A stretch of DNA of 64,000 nt, taken from IMG/VR virus record IMGVR_UViG_3300025718_000005, positions 1,976 through 65,975 of that record; one strand, 5' to 3'. The stretch comes from a virus (Duplodnaviria > Caudoviricetes). The translations under genes were made by a program, and so were the position numbers. Position 1 is the stretch's first letter. Each line of letters opens with the position of its first letter. Shown one piece after another: positions 9,281 to 19,795 of the stretch. The notes below the pieces were generated by a model, which was not told the origin of the DNA, did not search any database, and was given only the letters and a program-made list of their open reading frames with translations.

Positions 9281-10003
9281 ATGGCGCACGATAAAAGCCC
9301 ACGATCATACAGACTCAATACGGGGCCAGTACGTAAATCGGAAACTGACACCAAGATAGATGCTGTGGAGCCCTGCAAAACAGCCATACCAACGCCGGTA
9401 GATTGCCTGAAGTACGGAATACCCCTTGAAAAAGCAAAAATTATGAAGCTTAATGACCTGACTTTGGCTGATTACCTGTATTTGCGGAAAATGGGCGGAC
9501 TTAATAAACAGAAAATTAGAGGGCTATATGGATTCGAAAACAGCGCTGCGTTCTACAATAAATTAAGGGATATTGGCGCATTTCCAGAGCCAGGGCAGAC
9601 AGACGAAGATCTTGATGAATCTGAGTCGGCTGAGCCCGCGAAGTCTAAGGTTGTTGAAACTATAGCACCGCATATTGAAACAGAACTACCGAGAGTCATC
9701 GAAGCTGATAATGCAGAACTGGTTAAAGCTACCATTGATGAACCCGTCAGTACTCAATATAATCCGCAGAAGCCTCTCATCATAACGAAACACATTTGTC
9801 CGGTTTGCAATGAGGAATACGATGTTTTGGCAGATGCTGAAACGTGTTTAGACGCACATGCATGGATAGCTAGCATCAATAAAACTGACGGATTATGCGC
9901 GTTTAACTGCCCCGCGTTTGTGTATGTCAATATGAATGATGGCCGTATCATGAAGTACGTAGCGTATGGGTTTGAGGAGGACGAAGAATGCTCGCAATAT
10001 TAA
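9281..10003 (+). CDS. Hypothetical protein with C-terminal Cys cluster
   Basis: RBS GGAG; CPVC...C...H. Confidence 0.55.
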   Translation: MAHDKSPRSYRLNTGPVRKSETDTKIDAVEPCKTAIPTPVDCLKYGIPLEKAKIMKLNDLTLADYLYLRKMGGLNKQKIRGLYGFENSAAFYNKLRDIGAFPEPGQTDEDLDESESAEPAKSKVVETIAPHIETELPRVIEADNAELVKATIDEPVSTQYNPQKPLIITKHICPVCNEEYDVLADAETCLDAHAWIASINKTDGLCAFNCPAFVYVNMNDGRIMKYVAYGFEEDEECSQY

Positions 10004-10578
10004 AACATGCTAAGAATTTTGTAGCTGTTCCTCATCAAGGTAAGCCAATGTTTGAAGGTATTCACTTTGATGGTCAGCGGGCCATGGTTACCAATACACA
10101 TTTAATTGTTATAGCAAACAACTTCCCGTCAGAAAAGAAAACGATCCACTGGAAGACAAACACTGTGATCGAAGGCAACTGGCCTGACCTTACAAAAATT
10201 ATCCCAGAAAAATGCGATACTAGCTTTGACTTCATTGATTTAAAAGAATGGATCAGAGTATCAAAAATTGCTATGGCGGTTGCATTTGATCAAGAACCTA
10301 CTAACAGATGCCGCCTAGACATTAAGGGTGATTTTGCAACTCTGTCAGCTGTGGGTCTAGAATCCAAGTTTGAGGCCAACCTTACTATAGTAAAACCAAA
10401 AGGTAGCCTAAGCAGCATAGCATTCAACGCTAAATACCTTCACGACATCCTGGTATTCTTCAAAGACTCAGACGTGAACATAGTGACGATGGGATTCAAT
10501 ACAGCACTATCACCCATGAAGCTGACCACGGATAAAGAAGTACTAGCAGTGCTTACCCCAGTTAGGGCAGAAGTGTAA
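9988..10578 (+). CDS. DNA polymerase III beta-clamp-like protein (truncated)
   Basis: C-terminal IAFNAKYLHDIL...SPM...AVLTPVR is typical of beta-clamp domain III; only 196 aa. Confidence 0.75.
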   Translation: MLAILKHAKNFVAVPHQGKPMFEGIHFDGQRAMVTNTHLIVIANNFPSEKKTIHWKTNTVIEGNWPDLTKIIPEKCDTSFDFIDLKEWIRVSKIAMAVAFDQEPTNRCRLDIKGDFATLSAVGLESKFEANLTIVKPKGSLSSIAFNAKYLHDILVFFKDSDVNIVTMGFNTALSPMKLTTDKEVLAVLTPVRAEV

Positions 10579-10609
10579 AAATATAAAAAGAGCAGAAAGG
10601 AGAAATTGA

Positions 10610-11536
10610 GTGCCAAAGATACAGTATGGCCCTGATATTAAGTTTAGCAAGTCAACCCTCAGTGTAATAGAAAAAGCAAACAGTATTATTGAAGATTATT
10701 CTCAACAAGGTTTTGATCTAACCTTACGGCAACTTTACTACCAATTCGTAGCAAGAGACTTAATAGCAAATAAGCAGTCGGAGTATAAACGATTAGGATC
10801 TATTCTAAACGATGCTCGATTGGCTGGTATGGTAGATTGGAGCGCTATTGTTGACCGCACGCGTTTCTTGCGAGGCTACTCGTTTTGGGACAATCCAGCC
10901 AGCGTTATAAGGTCAGCCGCCCACAGTTTTAAAGTGGATAAGTGGAAAAATCAGTCTTGCCGAGTGGAGACGTGGATAGAAAAGGACGCGCTTGTTGGTG
11001 TGGTGGAAAAGGCGTGCACTGGTATGGAGGTTCCATATTTCTCTTGTCGCGGATATGTTAGCCAATCAGAAATGTGGTCTGCTGCGCAAAGAATCTATGC
11101 TGCTTACGAGAATAATGGCCAAGCGACAGTTATAGTGCACCTAGGAGACCATGATCCTAGCGGAATTGACATGACAAGGGATATTGTCGATAGGCTCAAA
11201 TTATTCATAGGGGCTAATAACGACTGGCCAGACGACGTAATAAGTATTGAGCGTATCGCTCTTAATATGGATCAAATTAGACAGTTCAATCCTCCTCCGA
11301 ATCCCGCTAAACTGACAGACTCTCGATTTGAGGGGTACCGTAAAAATTATGGCGATAACAGTTGGGAACTTGATGCCCTTGATCCAAGAAATCTATCAGA
11401 ACTTATCACTGGTACTATAGCCCAGTATGTTGACTATGAGAAGTGGGGCAAGGATAAGGATTATGAAACCGATACCAAGGATGTAATCGAGGTAATAGCG
11501 TCAAATTACGACAAGGCCAAAGAGTTATTTTATTAG
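10610..11536 (+). CDS. Winged-helix + TOPRIM protein (Topo VI-A/Spo11-like)
   Basis: LTLRQLYYQFV, WIEKDAL, CRGY, HLGDHDPSGIDM, WELDAL motifs. Confidence 0.8.
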   Translation: MPKIQYGPDIKFSKSTLSVIEKANSIIEDYSQQGFDLTLRQLYYQFVARDLIANKQSEYKRLGSILNDARLAGMVDWSAIVDRTRFLRGYSFWDNPASVIRSAAHSFKVDKWKNQSCRVETWIEKDALVGVVEKACTGMEVPYFSCRGYVSQSEMWSAAQRIYAAYENNGQATVIVHLGDHDPSGIDMTRDIVDRLKLFIGANNDWPDDVISIERIALNMDQIRQFNPPPNPAKLTDSRFEGYRKNYGDNSWELDALDPRNLSELITGTIAQYVDYEKWGKDKDYETDTKDVIEVIASNYDKAKELFY

Positions 11537-11554
11537 TAGAAGGAGAATAACAAC

Positions 11555-11902
11555 ATGAAATTTGTAAGAGTAACAATGCCTGATCAATCCCAGTATGATG
11601 TTCCTATGCAGGTTCTTAAGGAAAAGCTTGCGGATAAGTATGCTACCAAGAAAGCAGAAGAAGCATATCCTGGTAGCAAGTATAAGCCTGACAACAGCTA
11701 CTACATGAGTGTCTATGAAGAAGAGTACAAGGACCATATGTATTCCCTAGACTGCTCCCGCGAAAGCGAAGTACTCGAAGAAGCAAAATCCTTGTACTGG
11801 AAATCCGATGTTGAGCCTTACGCGGTCCGTGTCACGAAGGCCGAAAAGGTTGATCTTGTAAATGGCTGGACAACGGGTGACAAAGAGATTGTAGAAAAGT
11901 GA
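11555..11902 (+). CDS. Hypothetical phage protein
   Basis: RBS AAGGAG, 115 aa. Confidence 0.55.
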   Translation: MKFVRVTMPDQSQYDVPMQVLKEKLADKYATKKAEEAYPGSKYKPDNSYYMSVYEEEYKDHMYSLDCSRESEVLEEAKSLYWKSDVEPYAVRVTKAEKVDLVNGWTTGDKEIVEK

Positions 11903-12393
11903 GTAATTACAGCTCTCAGTCACAAGCCGATAAACGCCAGCGCGGGGAAAATTTTCAAGAAGAGATCCGCAGGAGCTGGGCGCTTATTCCTAACTGCTGG
12001 AGAATGCGGATCACGGATGATTGTGGGAGTCGCCCTGCAGACGAAATCGTAATCCTGCCCCATGTTAATTTCCTTATTGAGATGAAGCGCAAAGCGGATG
12101 ACAGACTAAATCTAGCCGACTTACGGACTAATCAAATAGGTGGTCTAATCGATTTCATAAAAGCTGGAAATAAAAACGTTGGAATGATTTTTGTATCCTT
12201 CTTAAGTGAAAGTGTGGATGCAACATACGCGATCAGTATCAGAACTTTTCTACAGCATTTAAAAAAGATGGACAGGCTGTACATGGATCGGCAGGAGATT
12301 AGCGAGTACCAGGAGGCTATACTATTGCCACGCATTATGGTGGACGCTGATCCTGCAAATAACTTAAGGGGGCTGGTAGATTGGTTCAAATAA
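11899..12393 (+). CDS. RecU-like Holliday junction resolvase
   Basis: RGENFQEEI...PAD...FLIEMK...NQI PD-(D/E)xK pattern of RecU. Confidence 0.75.
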   Translation: MSNYSSQSQADKRQRGENFQEEIRRSWALIPNCWRMRITDDCGSRPADEIVILPHVNFLIEMKRKADDRLNLADLRTNQIGGLIDFIKAGNKNVGMIFVSFLSESVDATYAISIRTFLQHLKKMDRLYMDRQEISEYQEAILLPRIMVDADPANNLRGLVDWFK

Positions 12394-12560
12394 ATGATGT
12401 AATCACTATTATTAAACTGGTGCTTGATACTATTGGTAATGTTGCAATGATGATTGTAGCGGTAGTATTTCTAATATGGGCTTTACTCGGTGGCACGATT
12501 AGCGTACAACTTAACGGTTTAGCTGAGACAATGGGGTGGATCACAAAATGGTTCAAGTAG
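12381..12560 (+). CDS. Small membrane protein (59 aa, below the ORF-track cut-off)
   Basis: TTG 12381 after a G-rich RBS; hydrophobic VAMMIVAVVFLIWALLGG. Confidence 0.45.
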   Translation: MVQINDVITIIKLVLDTIGNVAMMIVAVVFLIWALLGGTISVQLNGLAETMGWITKWFK

Positions 12561-12901
12561 AGGAAGAAGTATTCCAACATACACTACATAAAGAGTTGTG
12601 GCAGTGGTTAGCGGATAACCCTGATAAGGAAAAAAATGAGTGGCCCAGATGGTCCAGTAATGGTGGGGATATAGGCTACGTTACTGCAAGGTGTTTTGCT
12701 TGTAACTATAATAGTGATTGTGTTGATTGTCCTTTAGTATGGCCCGATTACCCAGATAACGAAGGTGATATTTGTGGCAAGGATGGTAGTTTATTTGATC
12801 GTTGGCTATTTACTACAGGTAGTAGCGAAGGGGACAAACGTAGTAGATTAGCAGAACAAATCCGCGACCTCCCAGTGAAAGAAGGTGTTCTAACAGAGTG
12901 A
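12536..12901 (+). CDS. Hypothetical Cys-rich phage protein
   Basis: HKELWQWLA...CFAC...CVDCPL. Confidence 0.55.
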   Translation: MDHKMVQVEEEVFQHTLHKELWQWLADNPDKEKNEWPRWSSNGGDIGYVTARCFACNYNSDCVDCPLVWPDYPDNEGDICGKDGSLFDRWLFTTGSSEGDKRSRLAEQIRDLPVKEGVLTE

Positions 12902-14562
12902 TACAAATTACAGTAGATAACAAAATCAGAATCAGGGGAGCGACAACCCCATTACGTGCCGCGATAACCGCCGCTCTAACAGTGGACAACCCCGAGTACA
13001 AAAAGCGAAAAGCCCGCCGGCAGCCAACGTGGGGGCTTGACGCAAAACTTAAACTTTACAGCTGTGATGGTACAGATCTGATTGTTCCGAGGGGTTTCTG
13101 GGAAAGTCTGATTGATATAGTGACAGAAGCGTCCTTTACAGACTTACAAACAGAAGGTAGTATTCATAATTTTGGATACTGGTCATCTAACTACGAACTA
13201 TCGGATAGTCAATTTGAGGCTCACGTGGCTATACTGCCGAGAAATGGAATACTGATAGCCCCCGCAGGAAGTGGAAAGACGGTATTAGGTCTTAACTACA
13301 TCTTTCAGCATAAAAGACCTGCCCTATGGATCACTCACACCAAAGACCTCCTAGAGCAAACTGCAAAAAGTGCCCTGAAATGTATGCCCGACATTGGCGA
13401 AGTTGGTAAGCTCGCAGAGGGTGTAGTCAACTGGGGAAGCGGTAAACTGATTGTAGCTACCGTGCAAACCCTTCAATCAAACCCTGCACTAATCGATCAA
13501 CTAAACCAGTTCATAGGCACAGTTGTAGTCGATGAATGCCACCATTTACCTGCATCTAGTTTCTTAGAGGTTGTCGGTCAGCTAAAAGCGCGGTACATGC
13601 TCGGACTCACAGCAACCCCTGACCGTAAAGACGGACTAGAATGTTATATGTATGCTGGGATTGGCCCAAAACTCTACGAAATCGAAAGAGCGGGCCTATA
13701 CGAATCAGGCAGACTAATCAAGCCAGAAATCAAGTTCATATACACGGCCTTTGATTACGAGCAGGCCTCAGTCAGAAACGCAATTAACAGCGTAGATGCT
13801 GGGGGCGAAGAGCTCGACTATAGGGAACTACTGAACAAACTAATTGCTGATGAAGATCGACTACAACTCATAGCCAGCACAGTAGCCCAGCAAGCGGGGT
13901 ATCAAATAGTAATAGCTGATAGTATCCCATACTGCCATTACCTTCATGAAAAGATAGTTAATGCTTATATGAAGGTCAATCAGCTAGTACCACGGATAGC
14001 AGTAGTCCATGGCCCTTTGCAAAGATGCACGTGGATCGTGGCCCGCTCAGAGTCAGACGCTCTCCAGCAAATACAAGACGGAAAAGCGCTAGCAGCTAAG
14101 TATGATAAAAAGGCTAAACGCTGGAAAGTACAAGTCCCCCAATACACGGAAGATCAGTATAAGAGCTGGAACATCACAAACGCCGATCGAAAACAGATCA
14201 TGGTAGACGCGGCAGATAGGAAGATTGATATCTTGATTGCCACGGGCCAATTGGTCCAGGAAGGCTTAGACTTACCACACCTCAATCATGGCCATCTTAC
14301 AATGCCGAAGCGCGGAGATGCGAACGGTGGTAATAATGGCTCAGCTGTTGAGCAGGCCATCGGGCGGGTTATGCGCTCCGATCCACGGAATCCGAATAAG
14401 CAGGCTGTATGGTGGGACTACGTAGATCACAAAAATGGTGTATTAAAATCGCAGTACTATAGTAGGCGAAAAGTTTATGAACGACTGCAATTAAAATTAC
14501 CTAGCAAACCCAAAAGGAAAGGAAGTGATATAGAGGATTTCCTAAATAAAATGCAGTGGTAA
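12898..14562 (+). CDS. Superfamily II DEAD/DEAH-box helicase
   Basis: APAGSGKT, VDECHH, GLTATPDR, EGLDLP, QAIGRVMR. Confidence 0.93.
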   Translation: MIQITVDNKIRIRGATTPLRAAITAALTVDNPEYKKRKARRQPTWGLDAKLKLYSCDGTDLIVPRGFWESLIDIVTEASFTDLQTEGSIHNFGYWSSNYELSDSQFEAHVAILPRNGILIAPAGSGKTVLGLNYIFQHKRPALWITHTKDLLEQTAKSALKCMPDIGEVGKLAEGVVNWGSGKLIVATVQTLQSNPALIDQLNQFIGTVVVDECHHLPASSFLEVVGQLKARYMLGLTATPDRKDGLECYMYAGIGPKLYEIERAGLYESGRLIKPEIKFIYTAFDYEQASVRNAINSVDAGGEELDYRELLNKLIADEDRLQLIASTVAQQAGYQIVIADSIPYCHYLHEKIVNAYMKVNQLVPRIAVVHGPLQRCTWIVARSESDALQQIQDGKALAAKYDKKAKRWKVQVPQYTEDQYKSWNITNADRKQIMVDAADRKIDILIATGQLVQEGLDLPHLNHGHLTMPKRGDANGGNNGSAVEQAIGRVMRSDPRNPNKQAVWWDYVDHKNGVLKSQYYSRRKVYERLQLKLPSKPKRKGSDIEDFLNKMQW

Positions 14563-14579
14563 AAATTTTTTGACTAGTA

Positions 14580-14600
14580 ATTAGACAATTTTTGTACAAA
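14580..14600 (+). promoter_or_regulatory. Conserved 21-bp site, copy 1 (ATTAGACA-atttt-TGTACAAA)
   Basis: 16/16 fixed positions shared with copies at 15830, 20803 and 25456; lies just before an RBS. Confidence 0.85.
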
Positions 14601-14613
14601 TGAATTTAAGGAG

Positions 14614-15264
14614 GTGATTAAAATAGCTAAGCCCTTAGACATTACTGGGGAATCTTTCGAGCGGCTAACGGCCGTTAGAAGAGTAGGTACTACAAAACAG
14701 GGCCATGCACTGTGGTTATTCCACTGTGCATGTGGTGGGGAATGTACTTCTGTTTTGGGTAATGTTCGTAGCGGAAATACGACTAGCTGCGGGTGCTTAA
14801 GTAGTAGATTGTACAGAACCCACGGAATGAATGGGACACGGTTATTTGGTATTTATCGAAAAATGATTGATCGGTGCTATAACGCTAAGAATAAATACTT
14901 CCATCGTTACGGCGGCCGCGGGATTGCGGTTTGCAAAGAGTGGCTAAACGATCGTTCAATATTTTTTGAGTGGGCTAAAATGACCAGATATGCCAATAAC
15001 TTATCTATTGATCGTAAAAATAACGATGAAGGATACTCGCCAGGCAATTGTCGGTGGGCGACACAACGGGAACAGGTAAACAATAGAAATAACACTATTT
15101 TTATTACAGTAAACAACCTAACAAAACCCCTAGCCGATTGGGCGCGAGCAGTGGGAATGAAGCCATCAGTTGTCAGGAGTAGACTAAAGCTTGGGCGTAG
15201 CCCAGAAGATGCGTTAAATCCAAATTTGTTTAATAAGGAGAATAACTTTGAAAGAAAAATTTAA
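14614..15264 (+). CDS. HNH homing-type endonuclease
   Basis: FERLT...WLFHCACG...SCGC, THGM, MIDRCYN, YGGRGIAVCKEW, SIDRKNNDEGYSPGNCRWAT. Confidence 0.9.
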   Translation: MIKIAKPLDITGESFERLTAVRRVGTTKQGHALWLFHCACGGECTSVLGNVRSGNTTSCGCLSSRLYRTHGMNGTRLFGIYRKMIDRCYNAKNKYFHRYGGRGIAVCKEWLNDRSIFFEWAKMTRYANNLSIDRKNNDEGYSPGNCRWATQREQVNNRNNTIFITVNNLTKPLADWARAVGMKPSVVRSRLKLGRSPEDALNPNLFNKENNFERKI

Positions 15265-15811
15265 TGAGCTACTTTATTCAGTACCAAGGGATGGTATTAC
15301 TAAACTTTTAGAATGGCTAGAAACTGGGGATATGTACGTAGCCCCTGCCAGTACAAAGCATCATGGAGCTGTAGAAGGTGGCCTAGTGGCCCACAGCCTA
15401 GAAGTCTATGAGAGTCTTCAAAAGATCAATGAGGCCTTTAATCTAGGGATTACAGAGGAAACTATGATTATCACGGCTCTATGTCATGACCTTTGTAAAG
15501 TGGGCTACTACAAGGTATCCAGTCGTAACATTAAAAATGAATACGGAAAATGGATACAAGTCCCTTACTATGATATAGATGATAAATTCCCTATTGGTCA
15601 CGGGGAGCGCTCCGTTATTCAACTCCTGCAATTCATCAAACTAACTGAAGAAGAAATGCTGGCCATTAGATATCATATGGGCGGGTTTGATGACTCAGCG
15701 CGTGGTGGGTACTCCGGTAGTCAATCAATGAGCGCCGCGATGGGTAAATATCCACTGGTAGCCGCGCTACACTTAGCGGATATGGCCGCTACCAATTTCA
15801 GCAGTAAGTAG
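15248..15811 (+). CDS. HD-domain phosphohydrolase
   Basis: HHGAVEGGLVAHS, CHDLCK, GHGERS, IRYHMG, LHLADM. Confidence 0.88.
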   Translation: MKEKFNELLYSVPRDGITKLLEWLETGDMYVAPASTKHHGAVEGGLVAHSLEVYESLQKINEAFNLGITEETMIITALCHDLCKVGYYKVSSRNIKNEYGKWIQVPYYDIDDKFPIGHGERSVIQLLQFIKLTEEEMLAIRYHMGGFDDSARGGYSGSQSMSAAMGKYPLVAALHLADMAATNFSSK

Positions 15812-15829
15812 CCCTAAGTCTGCCCAATG

Positions 15830-15850
15830 ATTAGACAAAAAATGTACAAA
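15830..15850 (+). promoter_or_regulatory. Conserved 21-bp site, copy 2 (ATTAGACA-aaaaa-TGTACAAA)
   Basis: Exact motif match; intergenic, 25 nt before an ATG. Confidence 0.85.
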
Positions 15851-15875
15851 ATAAAATAATGGGGGAATTATTAAT

Positions 15876-16610
15876 ATGAAAAAGACAGAAGTTGAAAATC
15901 AAGCGGTAGAAACTCAGGTATTAGCAGAAGGTGCGGTAGTTGTAGCAGCACCAAGTGCGGTGGCAGTGGTCAAAAAGAACTATATCACTGCAATGCTCGA
16001 GGCCACTAAAGCCAAATTCATGGAAGTAAATGAGGGCCTTGACCTTGATTTCGTAAGACTGGGCCAGTGGCTCAAGCTTAATAAGAAGGGACAGTTTGTA
16101 CTTAGTGCCGATGAAGAAGAGTCTTTCGGTGATACCTTGGATGTAGTTGTTGCAAAAGGCGAAACTCGTTACATGCTCTGGGGCGCTAAGAAAAGCCCTG
16201 AAGACGGTGAACTCATTGTAGCTGAAAAAACTCTTGCCGAAGCTGAGACACTACTTACTGAATGGCTGGCAAATAACCCAGACCCAACTGCCGCATCCCG
16301 CTATGAGCTATCCGATATTAAAATCAGCTACCTAGCATATGTGGTAATGGTCTCCACAATCACTGCTGAGGATATGCCTGAAGTCTACCTCATGTCATTC
16401 CCTCAAACAGGCTCCTACAGCTTCGGGCAGTACGCCATGAGCGTGTTTAAAGGCGATAAGACAAGAGGAATCCCTAGAAACTCAGGTGTGAATACAGTCG
16501 TGACTCGCATCTCTAATAAAGAAGAAAAAGGGCGCAACGAATCATACCTTGCTTACACCTTTGAAGTTGTAGGGAAGTTCGTACCCGCAGATTACGGAAT
16601 TAACGCATAA
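15876..16610 (+). CDS. Phage replication protein, possibly ssDNA-binding
   Basis: Located before the primase-helicase; beta-rich composition; function is inference. Confidence 0.45.
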   Translation: MKKTEVENQAVETQVLAEGAVVVAAPSAVAVVKKNYITAMLEATKAKFMEVNEGLDLDFVRLGQWLKLNKKGQFVLSADEEESFGDTLDVVVAKGETRYMLWGAKKSPEDGELIVAEKTLAEAETLLTEWLANNPDPTAASRYELSDIKISYLAYVVMVSTITAEDMPEVYLMSFPQTGSYSFGQYAMSVFKGDKTRGIPRNSGVNTVVTRISNKEEKGRNESYLAYTFEVVGKFVPADYGINA

Positions 16611-16625
16611 GCCCTAGGAGGATTC

Positions 16626-19600
16626 ATGATGGCAGTAAAATCCGAACCAACTGAATACTGCTACGTTGATGCGAGACACGTAACCCAAAACAATGTACAG
16701 TCGCCCTGGTCTCGAATCAAGGTAGATGAAATAACTAAATATCAACAAGAATCTGCTGGGAATTACGCTGTTTTTGCGACTGTCCAAATGTATGCGGCTC
16801 CAACTAGAAAGAAGGGAGAGGCGTATATTGCGCCTCTCTTCTTTGATTTAGATAGCCCCGACGTTGCTATAAGCCAAACGGACGCCGTAAAGCTAATTGA
16901 TTTTTTAACCAAGGAACTTGATGTTCAGCCTACCGATATGCGTATCTATTTCAGCGGTTCAAAAGGTTTCCATATTATCATTCATCAAAAAGCCGTAGGG
17001 ATCTTGCCAGCTACCAATACCCATAAAGTAATGAAGCATCTCAGTGGTTACTTAATACATCGATTAGAACTTACCACAATGGATCTAGTTGTTTACACAG
17101 ATGCCAGAATGTTAAGACTCCCTAACTCAGTTCATGAAAAAACAAAGCTATTTAAAACGGAATTATCAATTGAGGAAATTACTACTTTAACAGTTGAAGA
17201 TATTAAGGAACTCGCATCGCGTCCACGGATTAACCCGGTATTTACACCAGAGGAACGATTTGAGTGCTTAGCGCTCCGTGGTAAAACATCCTATTTTTAT
17301 AACAACAAGCTAAAAGAATACTTACAATCTTTAGCGTCCACGTCAGACAGGTATAAGGACGATACCTATATTTTTAAAAAAGGGCAGCACCCCGCGTGTG
17401 TAATCGATATCCTAGAGAACGGGTGGAAGAAAGACGGTGATCGAAACCCTGCGACGATACAGCTAGCTTCCTACTTTAAGGCAGCTGGTTACACGAAACT
17501 TGAAGCGTTAACAGCACTTGAACCATGGGTAACCAAATTCACGTCAGCGTCAAGCGGGTACCAGGTTGATCAGCGCATAGCAAATACCCGGGGCGCCACG
17601 GATGCCGTTTACAGTAGCTCGGAAAACTATCGCTTTGGTTGCGCATTCATTCGTAGTCTACACGGTGACCGTAAGCCGGGGCAAAAAGATTATGTGAGGG
17701 TAAAATGTGCAGGAGATTTATGCCCATGCCTGATGGAGCCTGAGGCTGATGAAGAAATAGCTACTTTGCATTTAGCCAGCACGGGTAGCGCGGATCTGAC
17801 AGGTAAGCTGATTAAGACGCGGGTTATGATAGCCGGTAAAAAGCAAACTCCTTATATCATACCTAAAAGCGTAGAGTACCACTGCTGGGGCTGGAAGACT
17901 TGTAAAAAAACTCATTGCCCACTGTTTGACCTAGATACCCATACAGGCTACAAAAACCTTAAAAGCACGAATAGAGAACTTATCCAGATGACGTCATCTG
18001 ATGACAGCACGATTGACAAAATACTCAAAGAGTTATCGGATATACCTGATTGTAAGCGTTTTAATATAGAGGTGGTAGAGACAATTAATGTCGATGAACT
18101 ACTCGTTATCCCAATGGCAGATGCGGAAGATGATGATAAGGCTGGAAGATATGTACTTCGTAGAATATATAGCTGTGGGGAGCTGAATATCGATGAAAAT
18201 AAGTATTATGAAATCTGTGGTTACGTTTATCCCCATCCAAGGAATCAAGAAGGAACCATTTTACTTAAGAGTGCTAAACCACTACAGGATGTGGTGGAAA
18301 GCTTCCAACTTACGAACGATGTTAAAGAGCAACTTAATATCTTTAGACCAGCGGGAGAAGATTATGGACCCGAAGCAATCGATACAAAACTCTCCCAGAT
18401 ATGCAGTGACCTCACGTACAACGTCACCCATATTGTTGAAAGAGATGATACCTTACTCGGAGTACTGCTTGTCCAGCATTCCGTGCTCAGATTGTCAGTC
18501 CCCTGGGACACGAACCCAATACGGGGATGGCTCGAGCTTATGGTGCTGGGAGATACGGGAACCGGGAAGTCAGCTCTAATCGAAAAAATGATGCGGTTCT
18601 CGGGACTTGGATCGCGGATCAATGCTGAAAGCACAAGTAGGACGGGCCTTACTTATAAGATGGAGCAGTCAGGTCCTGGTGGCGCGTGGTACATAGTATG
18701 GGGCGCGTGGCCGTTAGCCGACAAAGAACTAGTTTGGGTAGATGAGGCTACAGGGATAACAAAAGAGCAGTACGGTGAAATGACCCAGGCTAGAAGTGAC
18801 GGAAAACTCGAAGTAAAAAGAGCTGTAACAGCCGAAACGCCTTGTAGGGTCCGCGCGATACTCTCCAGCAATGTAGCAAAAGGAAAACGTATCTCGGATT
18901 ATACCCACGGAGCCGAGGCACTGAAGGACATTTTCAATAATGAGGATATTCGGCGTTTTGACTTTGGTATATTCATGAAAACGACTGATGTTGATGCGGA
19001 AAAGTACAACAAGATTTTAGGGACATATCCGAAGTCGATCACGGCAGACGCGCTGAAAAACAATATTCTTTTTAGCTGGAGCCGCACTCCGGATCAAGTA
19101 GTATTTCCGCTAGATACGATTGAAGAAATACTGAGGGTTTCTACAGCTTTATCAAAGATTTATGGTATGGCTGCTGAAGTTCCCTTGGTATCTCCCTCGG
19201 ATCAGAGAAATAAGGTAGCCAGGCTTTCATCGGCTCTCGCAGCACTAACGCACTCAGTCGATGACTCAGGGGAAAAGATTGTTGTATATCCTGGTCATGT
19301 TCAGTACATCGAGGCTTATTTAAAGCTCATCTATAACGCCCCAGGGTGCGGCCTAAACTTCTTGTCACAAATGTCCGTGAAGGAAGAAGAGCTCACGCCG
19401 AAGTCCTATGAACGCCTATCGAAAAAGTTAAGAGAATTGCCCGTACTCAAAGAGGATGGCCTCTACAGGGAATTCGTAAACTTGTTCGCTAAGCAAAGAT
19501 ATTTAGGGGTTAAAGATGTTGAGGAGCTGCTGAATATTACAAAGGATCAAGCTAAATCAGTAACTACGTTTCTCGCTAGAAATAACATGGTAATTAAAAC

Positions 19601-19691
19601 GTCAGGCGGACTACGGAAAACACCTCTATTTAACAGTTATGTGCAGATGTGCTTTGCGGAGGGAATGTTTGACGATAATCGAGATGATTGA
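16626..19691 (+). CDS. AEP primase-polymerase fused to an MCM-like AAA+ helicase
   Basis: N-terminal FFDLD / SGSKGFH / RMLRLPNS (AEP); Cys clusters; C-terminal GDTGTGKS, LADKELVWVDE, RRFD (MCM Walker A/B and Arg-finger pattern). Confidence 0.85.
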   Translation: MMAVKSEPTEYCYVDARHVTQNNVQSPWSRIKVDEITKYQQESAGNYAVFATVQMYAAPTRKKGEAYIAPLFFDLDSPDVAISQTDAVKLIDFLTKELDVQPTDMRIYFSGSKGFHIIIHQKAVGILPATNTHKVMKHLSGYLIHRLELTTMDLVVYTDARMLRLPNSVHEKTKLFKTELSIEEITTLTVEDIKELASRPRINPVFTPEERFECLALRGKTSYFYNNKLKEYLQSLASTSDRYKDDTYIFKKGQHPACVIDILENGWKKDGDRNPATIQLASYFKAAGYTKLEALTALEPWVTKFTSASSGYQVDQRIANTRGATDAVYSSSENYRFGCAFIRSLHGDRKPGQKDYVRVKCAGDLCPCLMEPEADEEIATLHLASTGSADLTGKLIKTRVMIAGKKQTPYIIPKSVEYHCWGWKTCKKTHCPLFDLDTHTGYKNLKSTNRELIQMTSSDDSTIDKILKELSDIPDCKRFNIEVVETINVDELLVIPMADAEDDDKAGRYVLRRIYSCGELNIDENKYYEICGYVYPHPRNQEGTILLKSAKPLQDVVESFQLTNDVKEQLNIFRPAGEDYGPEAIDTKLSQICSDLTYNVTHIVERDDTLLGVLLVQHSVLRLSVPWDTNPIRGWLELMVLGDTGTGKSALIEKMMRFSGLGSRINAESTSRTGLTYKMEQSGPGGAWYIVWGAWPLADKELVWVDEATGITKEQYGEMTQARSDGKLEVKRAVTAETPCRVRAILSSNVAKGKRISDYTHGAEALKDIFNNEDIRRFDFGIFMKTTDVDAEKYNKILGTYPKSITADALKNNILFSWSRTPDQVVFPLDTIEEILRVSTALSKIYGMAAEVPLVSPSDQRNKVARLSSALAALTHSVDDSGEKIVVYPGHVQYIEAYLKLIYNAPGCGLNFLSQMSVKEEELTPKSYERLSKKLRELPVLKEDGLYREFVNLFAKQRYLGVKDVEELLNITKDQAKSVTTFLARNNMVIKTSGGLRKTPLFNSYVQMCFAEGMFDDNRDD

Positions 19692-19795
19692 CGATAAAAG
19701 TTTTTGGTAGATGCAAACAAAGAACGGTTGCAATAGCTTTAAGACATACCGTTTAACATTGGAGGATAGACAACATTTAAGGAGCGTGACAAATT

